From Clostridia bacterium (GTDB lineage: Bacteria; Bacillota; Clostridia; UMGS1883; UMGS1540): 64,000 nucleotides of DNA. Positions 36,928-46,447 of the stretch are shown piece after piece. Both the position numbers and the translations under genes were made by a program. Below the pieces are notes generated by a model, which saw only the letters and a program-made list of their open reading frames with translations, did not search any database and was not told the origin of the DNA. The stretch is taken from contig JAZNQN010000044.1 in assembly GCA_045590195.1 (NCBI GenBank), forward strand, positions 19,186-83,185, written 5' to 3'. How positions within the stretch are numbered: position 1 is the first letter of the stretch; each line of letters opens with the position of its first letter.

Positions 36928-37602
36928 TTACTTTTCAATATCACGGTTATTATAAAGTTCTTTAATCTCATCAATTGGCTTTTGCATTAGAGCTTCAATA
37001 AGGTCATTGAAAGTACCATCTTTAATTTCTTTAACCCTTTCATCAAGATGGCCACAACCAGGAGCTAAATATTTACCGTTAAGTCTTCTTGCAAGCATTG
37101 CAACCTGTGGATGAGAAATACCTGCAGGACATCTTGAAGAACAAACGCCGCACATTACGCAGTCAAAAGATTCTTCAGCACATTTTTCATACTCAGCACG
37201 CTGTGCATAAGCAATATACTGCATTACATTAAGCTTCTGAGTACAAGCTTTTGTACAAGCATTACAGCCGATGCAGGAATAAATTTCAGGATAAAGCTGC
37301 ATCATAATCTGCTCAGTAGGTTTTACTTTTTCAATATCATAAATTTCTTTAACAAGCGGGAAGAATGGCAATGTAGCAATGTACATCTTATCTTCAACCT
37401 TTGTCTGACATGCAAGACAAGCTTTAAGTTCTCTGTCGCCCTCTATTCTGTAAATTGTGGCACATGCACCGCAAAAACCATTTCGGCATCCGCAACCACG
37501 TTTAAGCTGATAGCCTGCATATTCCATAGCACGCATAATTGTCATGCTGGCAGGTACTTCATATTTTTTACCGAACAAAAATATATTTACCATTTTTTCC
37601 AT
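36928..37602 (-). CDS. FrdB/SdhB-like iron-sulfur subunit (2Fe-2S plus two Cys4 ferredoxin motifs)
   Basis: CGCRNGFCGAC...C, CIGCNACTKAC and CVMCGVCSSRCP. The start is at ATG 37602, preceded by AAAGGAGA. The ORF-track start 37722 overlaps the upstream gene. Confidence 0.75.
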   Translation of the reverse strand: MEKMVNIFLFGKKYEVPASMTIMRAMEYAGYQLKRGCGCRNGFCGACATIYRIEGDRELKACLACQTKVEDKMYIATLPFFPLVKEIYDIEKVKPTEQIMMQLYPEIYSCIGCNACTKACTQKLNVMQYIAYAQRAEYEKCAEESFDCVMCGVCSSRCPAGISHPQVAMLARRLNGKYLAPGCGHLDERVKEIKDGTFNDLIEALMQKPIDEIKELYNNRDIEK

Positions 37603-37621
37603 CAGTAGTATCTCCTTTTTC

Positions 37622-38452
37622 TTAGTATTCGTCAGGCAGCTCGTCAAGCTGGTCACACCTGAAAACCGGGCCGTCTTTACATACATATTTAGAACCAATG
37701 TTGCATCTGCCGCATTTACCAACGCCGCACTTCATTTTAAGTTCCATAGTAGTATAAATCTGAGTTTTTTCAAAGCCAAGTTCCTGAAGGCCCTGAAGGG
37801 TAAATTTAATCATAATAGGCGGACCACAGATTATTGCTGTTTTATTCGTGTCAAACCCGAGTTCCTTTACATAGTTTGGAACAAAGCCAACATGGCCATC
37901 CCATCCATCCTGAGGGTTATCAATTGTAAGATGAACATTTATTCCTTCATCCTTACACCATTCGTCGATAATTTCTTTATAATCAACAAGGTCGTCCATA
38001 CTTCTTGAGCCGTAAACTATATCAATTTTACCATAGCGGTCACGATAGTGACGGCAGTAGTTGATAACTGAACGAAGCGGTGCAAGGCCGATACCGCCGG
38101 CAATAAAGAGCATATCTTTGCCTGCAAATTCGGTGTCAACAGGGAAAGGATTTCCGTAAGGGCCACGAATTGTAATTTGCTGGCCTACTTCTGCCTGATG
38201 AAGCCACTCGGTAACGCAGCCGCACTTTTTAATGGAAAACTCCATATATTCAGTATTTGTTGGAGAAGAAGTAATTGAAAACATAGCCTCTCCCACTCCG
38301 GGAATTGAAAGCATTGCGCATTGACCCGGTTTATGGTCGAATGCTTTTTTGCCGTCGGGTGTTAAAACGCGGAAGGTTTTAACATCGGGGGTATCAATTC
38401 TTACATCACAAATTGTACCAATTTTTGGAATCAATGGATCTTGATTATTCAT
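37622..38452 (-). CDS. FNR-fold FAD/NAD(P)H-binding protein with C-terminal 2Fe-2S (FlxA / AsrB / sulfhydrogenase-gamma-like)
   Basis: FIAGGIGLAPLRS and C-terminal KCGVGKCGRCNIGSKYVC. ATG 38452 lies 8 nt after GGAGG and gives an 8-nt overlap (ATGAATAA) with the upstream gene. Confidence 0.75.
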   Translation of the reverse strand: MNNQDPLIPKIGTICDVRIDTPDVKTFRVLTPDGKKAFDHKPGQCAMLSIPGVGEAMFSITSSPTNTEYMEFSIKKCGCVTEWLHQAEVGQQITIRGPYGNPFPVDTEFAGKDMLFIAGGIGLAPLRSVINYCRHYRDRYGKIDIVYGSRSMDDLVDYKEIIDEWCKDEGINVHLTIDNPQDGWDGHVGFVPNYVKELGFDTNKTAIICGPPIMIKFTLQGLQELGFEKTQIYTTMELKMKCGVGKCGRCNIGSKYVCKDGPVFRCDQLDELPDEY

Positions 38453-39452
38453 TGTCTGCACCTCCAAGTTCTTTCATAACCTTTACAATATTCATTGAAA
38501 TAGGACACTTTGAAAGGCATCTGCCACAACCAACACATCCGAATATTCCATCGTTATTTTCAGGGAAGTATACAAGTTTGTGCATAAATCTCTGACGGAA
38601 ACGTTCTTTCTGAGAATTACGGGAGTTGCCGTGAGCCATTTTAGTAAAATCGGAATACATACACGAATCCCAGCAACGAAAACGTTGAACACCATTTCCT
38701 GTGTTAAAATCTTTAATGTCATAGCACTGACAGGTTGGGCATACAAAAGTACAGGTTCCACAGCCAAGGCAGCTTTCAGAAAGTTCTTCCCATTTTGGGC
38801 TTTCAAAATACTTTTCTGTTTTACCTCCACCAAAAGCATCAGTTTTTAAATTTTTAAGTGGAAGTTTTTCAATGTAAGTGCGAATTTTTGCTTTTTCTTC
38901 ATCTGCGGCTACAGTATCGCACTCCTGGCCAATCCCTTCAAGAAGAGCAGTTCCTTTTTCAGTTTTTGCGTCGATATAAACCACATCATCAACAATTGTG
39001 CATTCAACATCTCCACCGGGTGCAGAAGCATCAATACCAAAAGCAGCACAAAAACAAGTTTCTTCAGGGCGCGAGCAAGCAACAGTTATTATAGTTGCTC
39101 CCTCTCTTCTTTTCTGATAGAATGTGTCAACAGGTTCTGAGAGAAAAACTCTGTCAAGAATTTCAAAGCTTTTAAGATCGCAGGCGCGAACACCAAAAAT
39201 CGCAAAATTACCAATATCTTCACGAATATCGATAACTTCTATATTTTTGCCTTCTGTTTTAAAGTGCATCATATTTTCAACCTGAGGAAAGAAAAAGTCT
39301 TTCGCGCTCCTGGTTGTGTTAAGTTTTTTGGAATATTCTATTCCTTCTTCCCATTTTTTAAATGAAGCACCTTCTTTTCCGTCAGCCGGGAGATAAAGTG
39401 GCATTTTATCGGCAACGGCCTTGAAAAAATCGCAAATGTTAATTTTACGCAT
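38445..39452 (-). CDS. Poly-FeS protein (FlxB / AsrA / sulfhydrogenase-beta-like)
   Basis: CLGCGTCTFVCPTCQCYD, CVGCGRCLSKCP and ETCFCAAFG. The start is ATG 39452 (9 nt after GGAG) or ATG 39461. Confidence 0.7.
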   Translation of the reverse strand: MRKINICDFFKAVADKMPLYLPADGKEGASFKKWEEGIEYSKKLNTTRSAKDFFFPQVENMMHFKTEGKNIEVIDIREDIGNFAIFGVRACDLKSFEILDRVFLSEPVDTFYQKRREGATIITVACSRPEETCFCAAFGIDASAPGGDVECTIVDDVVYIDAKTEKGTALLEGIGQECDTVAADEEKAKIRTYIEKLPLKNLKTDAFGGGKTEKYFESPKWEELSESCLGCGTCTFVCPTCQCYDIKDFNTGNGVQRFRCWDSCMYSDFTKMAHGNSRNSQKERFRQRFMHKLVYFPENNDGIFGCVGCGRCLSKCPISMNIVKVMKELGGADNE

Positions 39453-40437
39453 TTTCGCCATCTCCTTTCTCCACAGCCTCGGAAGGCTCTAAATCTTCTG
39501 TAGTGTAGTTTACAAGCGGAGCACGAAGGCCTACTTCTTCCCCTGCCTGATACTCACCATAGAAAGAGTTTATATCTTTTATAAACTTACGGTTTAAAAG
39601 ATGAAGTGGAATGTTTTGCGGACAAACTCTTGAACATTCGCCGCAATCTGTACATCTTCCGGCAACGTGAAAAGCTCTTATAATGTGAAACATTTTTTCT
39701 TCAAAGCTATCTGCTGCGGCTTTGTTTTCCACGCCTGATTTAGGATTGCCAAATACGCACTGTTCACAAGTACAAGCGGGACAGACATCGCGGCAGGCAT
39801 TACATCTTATACATCTTGAAAGCTCGCCCTGCCAGAAAGCAAATCTTTCATCGGCAGACATTTTTTCAAGGCGCTTAACTTCATCAAAGCGGTTAGAATC
39901 AATAATTTCGCCTTCGTCGCCAATAAGTTCATCGTATGCAACATGCTTGCGGCTTTTGCAAGAGATGCATCTTTCAGCTAAAACATCAGCTTTATTAAAT
40001 ACTTTTTCATCGCCATAAATTGATTTTACCAAAATTTCATCGCCGTTTTCCAAAATTTCAGAAACAGCAGAAATTTCAGCTTTAATTTTTGAAACATCAG
40101 TCATTCCATCGCAGGGAATTCCAACGGCATAAACTTTTTCGCGGTCTATGCGGTGTTCAGTTAAAAGCTGATTAAAACTGTATGTGTCACATGGTTTCAA
40201 GAAAACCAGCACTTTTCCATCTTTCTGGCATTCTTTTACTAGATATTTTGAAAAGTTTGCACCACAAAAAGCATTGTAAACAAAATCTTTTTTAAGAGAT
40301 TCGGCATCTTTAAACACACCGGGGGTTACATCGTATGAAAACTCGCCCTCTTTCCAGCCTAAAACTCTGTCAACCTTTCCGCTTTCAAGGAGGTTTAATG
40401 CTTTATCTATAAGAATATCACGATTTATTGTTTGCAT
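39445..40437 (-). CDS. FeS protein, FrhB-like N-terminus plus 2x[4Fe-4S] (FlxC-like)
   Basis: CIRCNACRDVCPACTC and CTDCGECSRVCP. It overlaps mvhD by 13 nt. Confidence 0.65.
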   Translation of the reverse strand: MQTINRDILIDKALNLLESGKVDRVLGWKEGEFSYDVTPGVFKDAESLKKDFVYNAFCGANFSKYLVKECQKDGKVLVFLKPCDTYSFNQLLTEHRIDREKVYAVGIPCDGMTDVSKIKAEISAVSEILENGDEILVKSIYGDEKVFNKADVLAERCISCKSRKHVAYDELIGDEGEIIDSNRFDEVKRLEKMSADERFAFWQGELSRCIRCNACRDVCPACTCEQCVFGNPKSGVENKAAADSFEEKMFHIIRAFHVAGRCTDCGECSRVCPQNIPLHLLNRKFIKDINSFYGEYQAGEEVGLRAPLVNYTTEDLEPSEAVEKGDGENA

Positions 40438-40859
40438 CTTAAATCCTCCAATCTTTTGTTTTCGCCAAGAGCAGCAACTGCTTCGGCAAATTCATTCATT
40501 GTTTGCGCAAATTTTGCGCCTTCAGCCGCAGAAACCCATTCAACACGGGTTCTTTCTTTTTCAATACCGAGAAAATCGAGCATTGAGAAAAGAAGCGACA
40601 TTCTTCTTCTTGTATAGTAGTTACCAGAAGTATAATGGCAGTCGCCAGGGTGGCAACCACAGATTATAACCCCGTCTGCTCCACGCTGAAATGCTCTTAA
40701 AATAAACATTGGGTTTACCCTACAAGAGCATGGAACACGAATTATTTTAACTTCGGCAGGGTAACTGAGTCGGTTATTACCTGCAAGGTCGGCACCGGCA
40801 TAAGAACACCAGTTACAGCAAAATGCCACTATTAAAGGTTTTTTCTCTTCTATTTGCAT
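40425..40859 (-). CDS. mvhD: MvhD/FlxD-like methyl-viologen-reducing-hydrogenase delta-subunit family protein
   Basis: IVAFCCNWCSYAGADLAG, RVPCSCRV and ICGCHPGDCHY. Confidence 0.85.
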   Translation of the reverse strand: MQIEEKKPLIVAFCCNWCSYAGADLAGNNRLSYPAEVKIIRVPCSCRVNPMFILRAFQRGADGVIICGCHPGDCHYTSGNYYTRRRMSLLFSMLDFLGIEKERTRVEWVSAAEGAKFAQTMNEFAEAVAALGENKRLEDLRCKQ

Positions 40860-42844
40860 ATTGCATCCACCTCCGCTAAAATTTGTGCATTTTTAAAGCC
40901 TTTTAAATCCATTGCACCTGATGGACAGGCAACTGTACAAGCACCGCAGCCCTGACAAACAGCTTCATTAACCTGAGCTACGCGGCGCATTTTTGTTGTT
41001 CTGTTTGGCATACGGAACTCTTTAACTACATAAGTTATTGCACCATATGGGCAAACTCTTTCGCAACTACTGCATCCGTTACACATCATTTCGTCTGATG
41101 CGGCAATACAAGGATTACCAAGAAGTTTATCTTTGCATAAAAGGCCGATAACCTTTGAAGCCGCCGCTCCCGCCTGGGAAACAGTTTCAGGAATATCTTT
41201 CGGGCCTTGACAAGCACCTGACAAAAATACGCCTGCGGTTGGGCTTTCAACCGGACGAAGCTTTGGATGAGCCTCGGTAAAGAAATCGTTTGTATCCATA
41301 CTTGCAGTGAGCATTGTTGCAAGAGGACGAGCTGATTTATCAGGCTCGATTGCGGCTGCTAAAACAACCAAATCTGCATCAATGTTAATCTGTTTATTTG
41401 AAATTAAATCGCTTGCACGCACTTTAAGCTTATCGCCTTCAGGCATAATTTTGCCAACCATACCTTTAATGTAGTGAACACCAAATTCCTCGGTTGCTCT
41501 TCTGTAAAATTCGTCAAAGTTTTTACCGGGAGTTCTGACATCGATGTAGAATACTGTTACGTCAGTATCCGGATATTTATCACGAGTGAGCATTGCGTGT
41601 TTCGCTGTGTACATACAACAAATTTTAGAACAGTATTCCTTACCTTTTTCATTGCATGCATCGCATCTTGAACCTACGCACTGAACGAAAACGATTTTTT
41701 CAGGATGTTTTCCGTCTGAAGGGCGTAAGAGTTTACCTGCTGTTGGGCCTGCCGCATTGGTAAGACGCTCAAATTCGAGAGAAGTTATAACATCTTTCGA
41801 CTGGTTATAAGCATACTCATCAAATTTTTCCATACTGATAGGATTAAAGCCTGTTGCAACAACAATTGCACCATATTTTTCTTCTATAATTTCATCCTGT
41901 TGCTTATAATTGATAGCTCCTGCTGCACAAACCTTTTCACAAAGGCCGCACTTGCCATTTTTAAGCATATTACAGTAATCAGCATCAATTGTTGCAACCT
42001 TTGGAACTGCCTGAGCAAAAGGAATATAAACCGCTCTTCTCATATCCATTCCAAGGTTAAATTCATTAGGAACTTTCTTTTGAGGACATTTTTCTGTACA
42101 AAGGCCGCAACCTGTACATTTAGTTTCGTCAACAAATCTTGCTTTTTTCTTAATTTTTACATCAAAATTTCCTACAAAACCGGAAACTGCTTCAACTTCG
42201 CTATAGGAAAAAATTCTTATTTTATCGTTCTGTGCAACATCAACCATTTTTGGAGTTAAAATACAAGCCGCACAGTCAAGTGTTGGGAAGGTTTTATCAA
42301 TCTGCGCCATCTTGCCGCCGATTGTAGGATTTTTTTCAACTATATCTACCGGGAAACCTGCATCGGCAATATCAAGAGCTGTTTGAATACCTGCAATACC
42401 GCCACCGATAACCAAAGCACGCTTTGTAACAGGGCTTTCGCCAGGTGTAAGCGGAGCGTTAAGGTTAACCTTTGCAACAGCCGCTTTGCCCAAAATAATT
42501 GCTTTTTCAGTTCCTGTAGGGATATCTTTATGAACCCATGAGCACTGCTCACGAATGTTTGCAATTTCAACCATATAAGGGTTAATCCCTGCACTTTCAG
42601 CGGTTTTTCTGAAAGTATTCTCGTGCATACGGGGTGAACAGGAACAAATAACTATACCGGTAAGATTATGCTCTTTAATAGCATCTTTAATCATTTCCTG
42701 TCCCGCTTGGGAACACATATACTGATAGTTAGTGGAGAAAACAACACCAGGCTCTTTTTTCAAGGCTTCGCTAACTGCTTCAACATCAACAGTTGCCGCA
42801 ATATTGCTTCCGCACCAACATACGAATACACCAATTCTTTGCAT
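40850..42844 (-). CDS. hdrA: HdrA-like FAD/FeS heterodisulfide-reductase subunit A (full-length, bifurcation-type architecture)
   Basis: N-terminal Cys-rich domain (VCWCGSN, ICSCSPR). FAD fold ALVIGGGIAGIQTALD. Inserted ferredoxin CTGCGLCTEKCP/CGLCEKVC. VQCVGSR. C-terminal CNGCSSCERVCP and CQGCGACTVACP. Confidence 0.85.
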   Translation of the reverse strand: MQRIGVFVCWCGSNIAATVDVEAVSEALKKEPGVVFSTNYQYMCSQAGQEMIKDAIKEHNLTGIVICSCSPRMHENTFRKTAESAGINPYMVEIANIREQCSWVHKDIPTGTEKAIILGKAAVAKVNLNAPLTPGESPVTKRALVIGGGIAGIQTALDIADAGFPVDIVEKNPTIGGKMAQIDKTFPTLDCAACILTPKMVDVAQNDKIRIFSYSEVEAVSGFVGNFDVKIKKKARFVDETKCTGCGLCTEKCPQKKVPNEFNLGMDMRRAVYIPFAQAVPKVATIDADYCNMLKNGKCGLCEKVCAAGAINYKQQDEIIEEKYGAIVVATGFNPISMEKFDEYAYNQSKDVITSLEFERLTNAAGPTAGKLLRPSDGKHPEKIVFVQCVGSRCDACNEKGKEYCSKICCMYTAKHAMLTRDKYPDTDVTVFYIDVRTPGKNFDEFYRRATEEFGVHYIKGMVGKIMPEGDKLKVRASDLISNKQINIDADLVVLAAAIEPDKSARPLATMLTASMDTNDFFTEAHPKLRPVESPTAGVFLSGACQGPKDIPETVSQAGAAASKVIGLLCKDKLLGNPCIAASDEMMCNGCSSCERVCPYGAITYVVKEFRMPNRTTKMRRVAQVNEAVCQGCGACTVACPSGAMDLKGFKNAQILAEVDAICK

Positions 42845-42858
42845 TTGCTTTCTCCTTT

Positions 42859-43245
42859 CTATTTACTATATTTTCTCATTGCACTTACAATTGCCTGTTG
42901 TGGCAACTGTTCATCTAAAAGTGAAGGTATTGCATCAGCTTTAAGATGATTTTCGCCCTGCTGACGTACTTTTAAAAGCCTTACTGCTTCAATAAGTTTT
43001 GCCGGCTCTACGCCTCTGGGACAACGCTCAACACAGGCAAAACAAGAAAGACATTTGAAAATTGAAGGCGACTCCATAAGTTTATCAACATCACCGTTTT
43101 CAACCATATAAACAAACTGATGAGGATGATATTCCATTTCATCATAAGAAGGACATGTACCTGTGCATTTGCCGCATTTCATACATTTTTTAGGATTAAC
43201 ACCGCTGATGCGCAAAATTTCGTTTGAAAGCTCTGTTTTATTCAT
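42859..43245 (-). CDS. hdrC: HdrC-like 2x[4Fe-4S] subunit
   Basis: CMKCGKCTGTCP and CLSCFACVERCP. ATG 43245 lies 9 nt after AAGGAGG and gives an 8-nt ATGAATAA overlap with hdrB. Confidence 0.8.
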   Translation of the reverse strand: MNKTELSNEILRISGVNPKKCMKCGKCTGTCPSYDEMEYHPHQFVYMVENGDVDKLMESPSIFKCLSCFACVERCPRGVEPAKLIEAVRLLKVRQQGENHLKADAIPSLLDEQLPQQAIVSAMRKYSK

Positions 43246-44032
43246 TTGCACAGCCCTCCTTTACGCCAAGCGCCTGTGCTAAAAGCTCGGTAAAATATTT
43301 AATTTCTATACCGTCGGCGTGTTTTTCAAGATTATATTTGCAAAGTGGGCAAGCTGTTACTATCATATCTGCACCCATTTTTTTGGCACTTTCCAAAATA
43401 GCAATACTCTTCTTCTTTGCACTTTCACTATCTTCAAGAGCTATATATCCGCCGCAGCATTCGTTTCTGTATGGCGAAACTATTGCTTCCGCACCCATAG
43501 CTTTTACAAGATTTTCAAGAATCTGCGGATTTTCGCTGTCGTCCATCTGCATAACTTTACCAGGACGAAGCAAAAGACAACCATAATATGGAGCAATTTT
43601 TTTACCCTCAAGAGGATTTGTAACTTTTTTGGCAATTTCTTCAAAGCCAATTTCATCTCTCAAAAGCTCAAGATAATGAATAACCTCTGCATCTCCCTCA
43701 TAAGGCGTATCAAGATTCATATAGTTATTTGCTTTAAAAGCAAAATCGCTATCGTTATTAAACTGATAATTTGTTTGTTTTATTACATTATGGCAGGCAG
43801 CACAAACTGTTACAAGCTTCTGACCTTTTTCTTTTGCCTCTACAAGGGCACGAATTGAGGAAAGCTTTGTTGCAATTTCATCCTTCGAAGTTGTAAAAAC
43901 TCCGCCGCAGCACTGCCAGTTATTTATTTCTTCCAGATTAACCCCTAATGCCGCCGCACTTTCTCTTGCGTATTTATCAAGTTCTTTTGCTTTGGTTTTA
44001 AGAGTACAACCGGGATAATATGAAAAATTCAT
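43238..44032 (-). CDS. hdrB: HdrB-like subunit with two CCG domains
   Basis: YYPGC...NWQCCGG...CAACHN and YYGC...ECCGGY...CPLCKYN. The start is at ATG 44032 (MNFSYYPGC) after AGGGAG. Confidence 0.85.
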   Translation of the reverse strand: MNFSYYPGCTLKTKAKELDKYARESAAALGVNLEEINNWQCCGGVFTTSKDEIATKLSSIRALVEAKEKGQKLVTVCAACHNVIKQTNYQFNNDSDFAFKANNYMNLDTPYEGDAEVIHYLELLRDEIGFEEIAKKVTNPLEGKKIAPYYGCLLLRPGKVMQMDDSENPQILENLVKAMGAEAIVSPYRNECCGGYIALEDSESAKKKSIAILESAKKMGADMIVTACPLCKYNLEKHADGIEIKYFTELLAQALGVKEGCANE

Positions 44033-44054
44033 ACCTAAACTCCCTTCTGCAAAA

Positions 44055-45431
44055 TTATACCATCTGTTCAGGATGGAACACTTCGTCAAATTTTTCTTCG
44101 GTTAAAAAGCCAAGCTCGATACAAGCCTCTTTAAGAGAAATATTGTCTTTATAAGCTTTTTTAGCTGTTTTAGCCGCATTTTCATAACCGATATAAGGGT
44201 TAAGCGCAGTAACAAGCATAAGTGAATTATGAAGATTATGATGCATTTTTTCGCGGTTTGCCTTAATGCCTACTGCACAGTTTTTGTTAAATGAAACAAT
44301 GGCTTCTGCCATAAGACGTGCCGACTGCAAAAAGTTATATATGCATACAGGCATAAATACATTAAGTTCAAAGTTACCCTGTGAAGCTGCCATAGAAACA
44401 GCAACATCATTACCCATTACCTGAACGGCAACCATTGTTACCGCTTCACACTGAGTTGGGTTAACTTTACCCGGCATAATTGATGAGCCCGGTTCATTTT
44501 CAGGGATGAAAATTTCTCCAAGGCCATCACGAGGACCGCTTGCAAGCCAACGGATATCGTTTGCTATTTTCATCATATCGCAGGCAAGGGCTTTAATTGC
44601 ACCATGTGCAAAAACAAGCTCGTCTTTTGAAGTTAATGCGTGAAATTTATTCTCAGCAGTTACAAATGGTTTTCCTGTTATTTTCGAAACCTCTGCCGCA
44701 ACGCCTTCTGAAAAACCTTTTGGAGCATTAAGTCCTGTTCCAACTGCAGTTCCGCCAAGTGCAAGTTCACAAAGCGGCTTTACGCTTTGCTTCAAAAGCT
44801 CTACATCTTTCTGGAGGCTTGATCTCCAGCCGCTGATTTCCTGGCTGAATTTTATTGGAGTTGCATCCTGAAGATGTGTTCTTCCGCTTTTTACTATATC
44901 TTCGTTTTCTTTTTCAAGGCGTGAAAAAGTATCGATAAGAGTTTGGACAGCAGGAATAAGTTTATCTTCTATCATCAAAACTGCGGAAATATGCATAGCT
45001 GTAGGGAAAGTATCGTTTGACGACTGGCTCATATTAACATCATCATTAGGATGAAGAATACTTTTGCCCGCAATCTGATTTCCACGGTTTGCAATTACTT
45101 CGTTTGCATTCATATTCGACTGAGTGCCGGAGCCCGTTTGCCATACAACAAGAGGAAAATGGCTATTAAGCTTGCCGCTTATAACCTCATCGCAAGCACT
45201 GGAAATTGCCGAAAGTTTTTCTTCAGTCATTTTTTCGGGTTTCAAAGCGTGATTTGCGATTGCTGCAGCTTTTTTCAAAATGCCGAATGCATGTGTAATT
45301 TCACGTGGCATTGTTTCAATATTTACACCGATTTCAAAATTTTCGTGACTTCTCTGGGTTTGAGCCGCCCACAACCTGTCGGCAGGAACTTTAACCTCTC
45401 CCATCGAGTCGTGTTCAATACGATAATCCAT
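44055..45431 (-). CDS. fumC: Class II fumarate hydratase
   Basis: [15 protein letters not shown] signature. N-terminal [21 protein letters not shown] is FumC-like rather than AspA-like. Confidence 0.85.
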   Translation of the reverse strand: MDYRIEHDSMGEVKVPADRLWAAQTQRSHENFEIGVNIETMPREITHAFGILKKAAAIANHALKPEKMTEEKLSAISSACDEVISGKLNSHFPLVVWQTGSGTQSNMNANEVIANRGNQIAGKSILHPNDDVNMSQSSNDTFPTAMHISAVLMIEDKLIPAVQTLIDTFSRLEKENEDIVKSGRTHLQDATPIKFSQEISGWRSSLQKDVELLKQSVKPLCELALGGTAVGTGLNAPKGFSEGVAAEVSKITGKPFVTAENKFHALTSKDELVFAHGAIKALACDMMKIANDIRWLASGPRDGLGEIFIPENEPGSSIMPGKVNPTQCEAVTMVAVQVMGNDVAVSMAASQGNFELNVFMPVCIYNFLQSARLMAEAIVSFNKNCAVGIKANREKMHHNLHNSLMLVTALNPYIGYENAAKTAKKAYKDNISLKEACIELGFLTEEKFDEVFHPEQMV

Positions 45432-45449
45432 AACTACTCCTCTTTTCTT

Positions 45450-46406
45450 TTATATATCCATTTGTTTTATAAGTGATTTCAAAGTATCTGCGCTATGGTG
45501 AAGTGCGCGAACCTCTTCATCATTAAGAGGCAAAAGCATTTTTCCACAAGCGCCCTTGTTGTCAACAACATTGAGAAGGCTCAAAGAAACATCATCTATT
45601 CCATATTCGCCGTGAAGCATTGTTGAAACAGTCATAGTAGTATTTATACCGCCGAGAATACATTTACAAATGTGGCAAACAGATACTGAAACAGCGTAGA
45701 ATGTTGCACCTTTTCTTTCAATAACTCTTCCGCCTGATTTGCGAACATAATCCTCAACTTCATCAAAGTCTATACTTGGCAGCTTAAAGCCTTTCTGAGA
45801 AAAATCGCCTACTACCGAAGACTGACCTTCCTGAATAGGAATGTTAGATACATTTGCAATTGACCACGGAACAAAAGAAGAATCACCATGTTCACCAAGA
45901 ACATAGGCGTGAACATTTTTCTGGTTGATTGAGTAATACTCCGAAAGCCTTGCACGAAGGCGGGCGGTATCAAGAATAGTTCCCGAACCTATAATCTGAT
46001 TTTCAGGAAGCCCTGAACATTTAAAGAATGTGTAAGTTAAAATGTCAACAGGATTGCTCACTATAAGGTAAACTGCATTTGGTGCATAGCGAACAATTTC
46101 AGGAATAATCTGTTTAGTAATATTAACATTTGTCTGAGCAAGGTCAAGCCTTGACTGACCTGGCTTTCTTGCAATACCTGAAGTTACTATTACTATATTT
46201 GAGCCTACTGCATCCTGATATGAACCTGCGTAAACTGTTGCTGATGAGCAAAACGGTGTTCCCTGGCGAATGTCAAGTGCTTCGCCAAGTGCTTTTTCCT
46301 GATTAATATCAATAAGCACAATTTCAGATGCCAGCCCCATAACAGTTAAAGTATACGCAATTGTTGAGCCAACACTACCTGTTCCTATTATTGTAATTTT
46401 GTTCAT
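45450..46406 (-). CDS. mdh: LDH-like malate dehydrogenase
   Basis: NKITIIGTGSVGST Rossmann motif and catalytic LGEHGDS. The substrate loop GIARKPGQSRLDL has Arg at the LDH Gln102-equivalent position. Confidence 0.7.
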   Translation of the reverse strand: MNKITIIGTGSVGSTIAYTLTVMGLASEIVLIDINQEKALGEALDIRQGTPFCSSATVYAGSYQDAVGSNIVIVTSGIARKPGQSRLDLAQTNVNITKQIIPEIVRYAPNAVYLIVSNPVDILTYTFFKCSGLPENQIIGSGTILDTARLRARLSEYYSINQKNVHAYVLGEHGDSSFVPWSIANVSNIPIQEGQSSVVGDFSQKGFKLPSIDFDEVEDYVRKSGGRVIERKGATFYAVSVSVCHICKCILGGINTTMTVSTMLHGEYGIDDVSLSLLNVVDNKGACGKMLLPLNDEEVRALHHSADTLKSLIKQMDI

Positions 46407-46447
46407 GGTATTCTTCCTTTCGTGTATGAAATATCGTTACAACCTCA

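Noticed and set aside
40425-42844. Selenocysteine (in-frame TGA) recoding in HdrA/MvhD, as occurs in some Hdr/Mvh proteins
   Set aside because: Both ORFs are continuous with Cys at the relevant positions. No in-frame TGA or split ORF is present.
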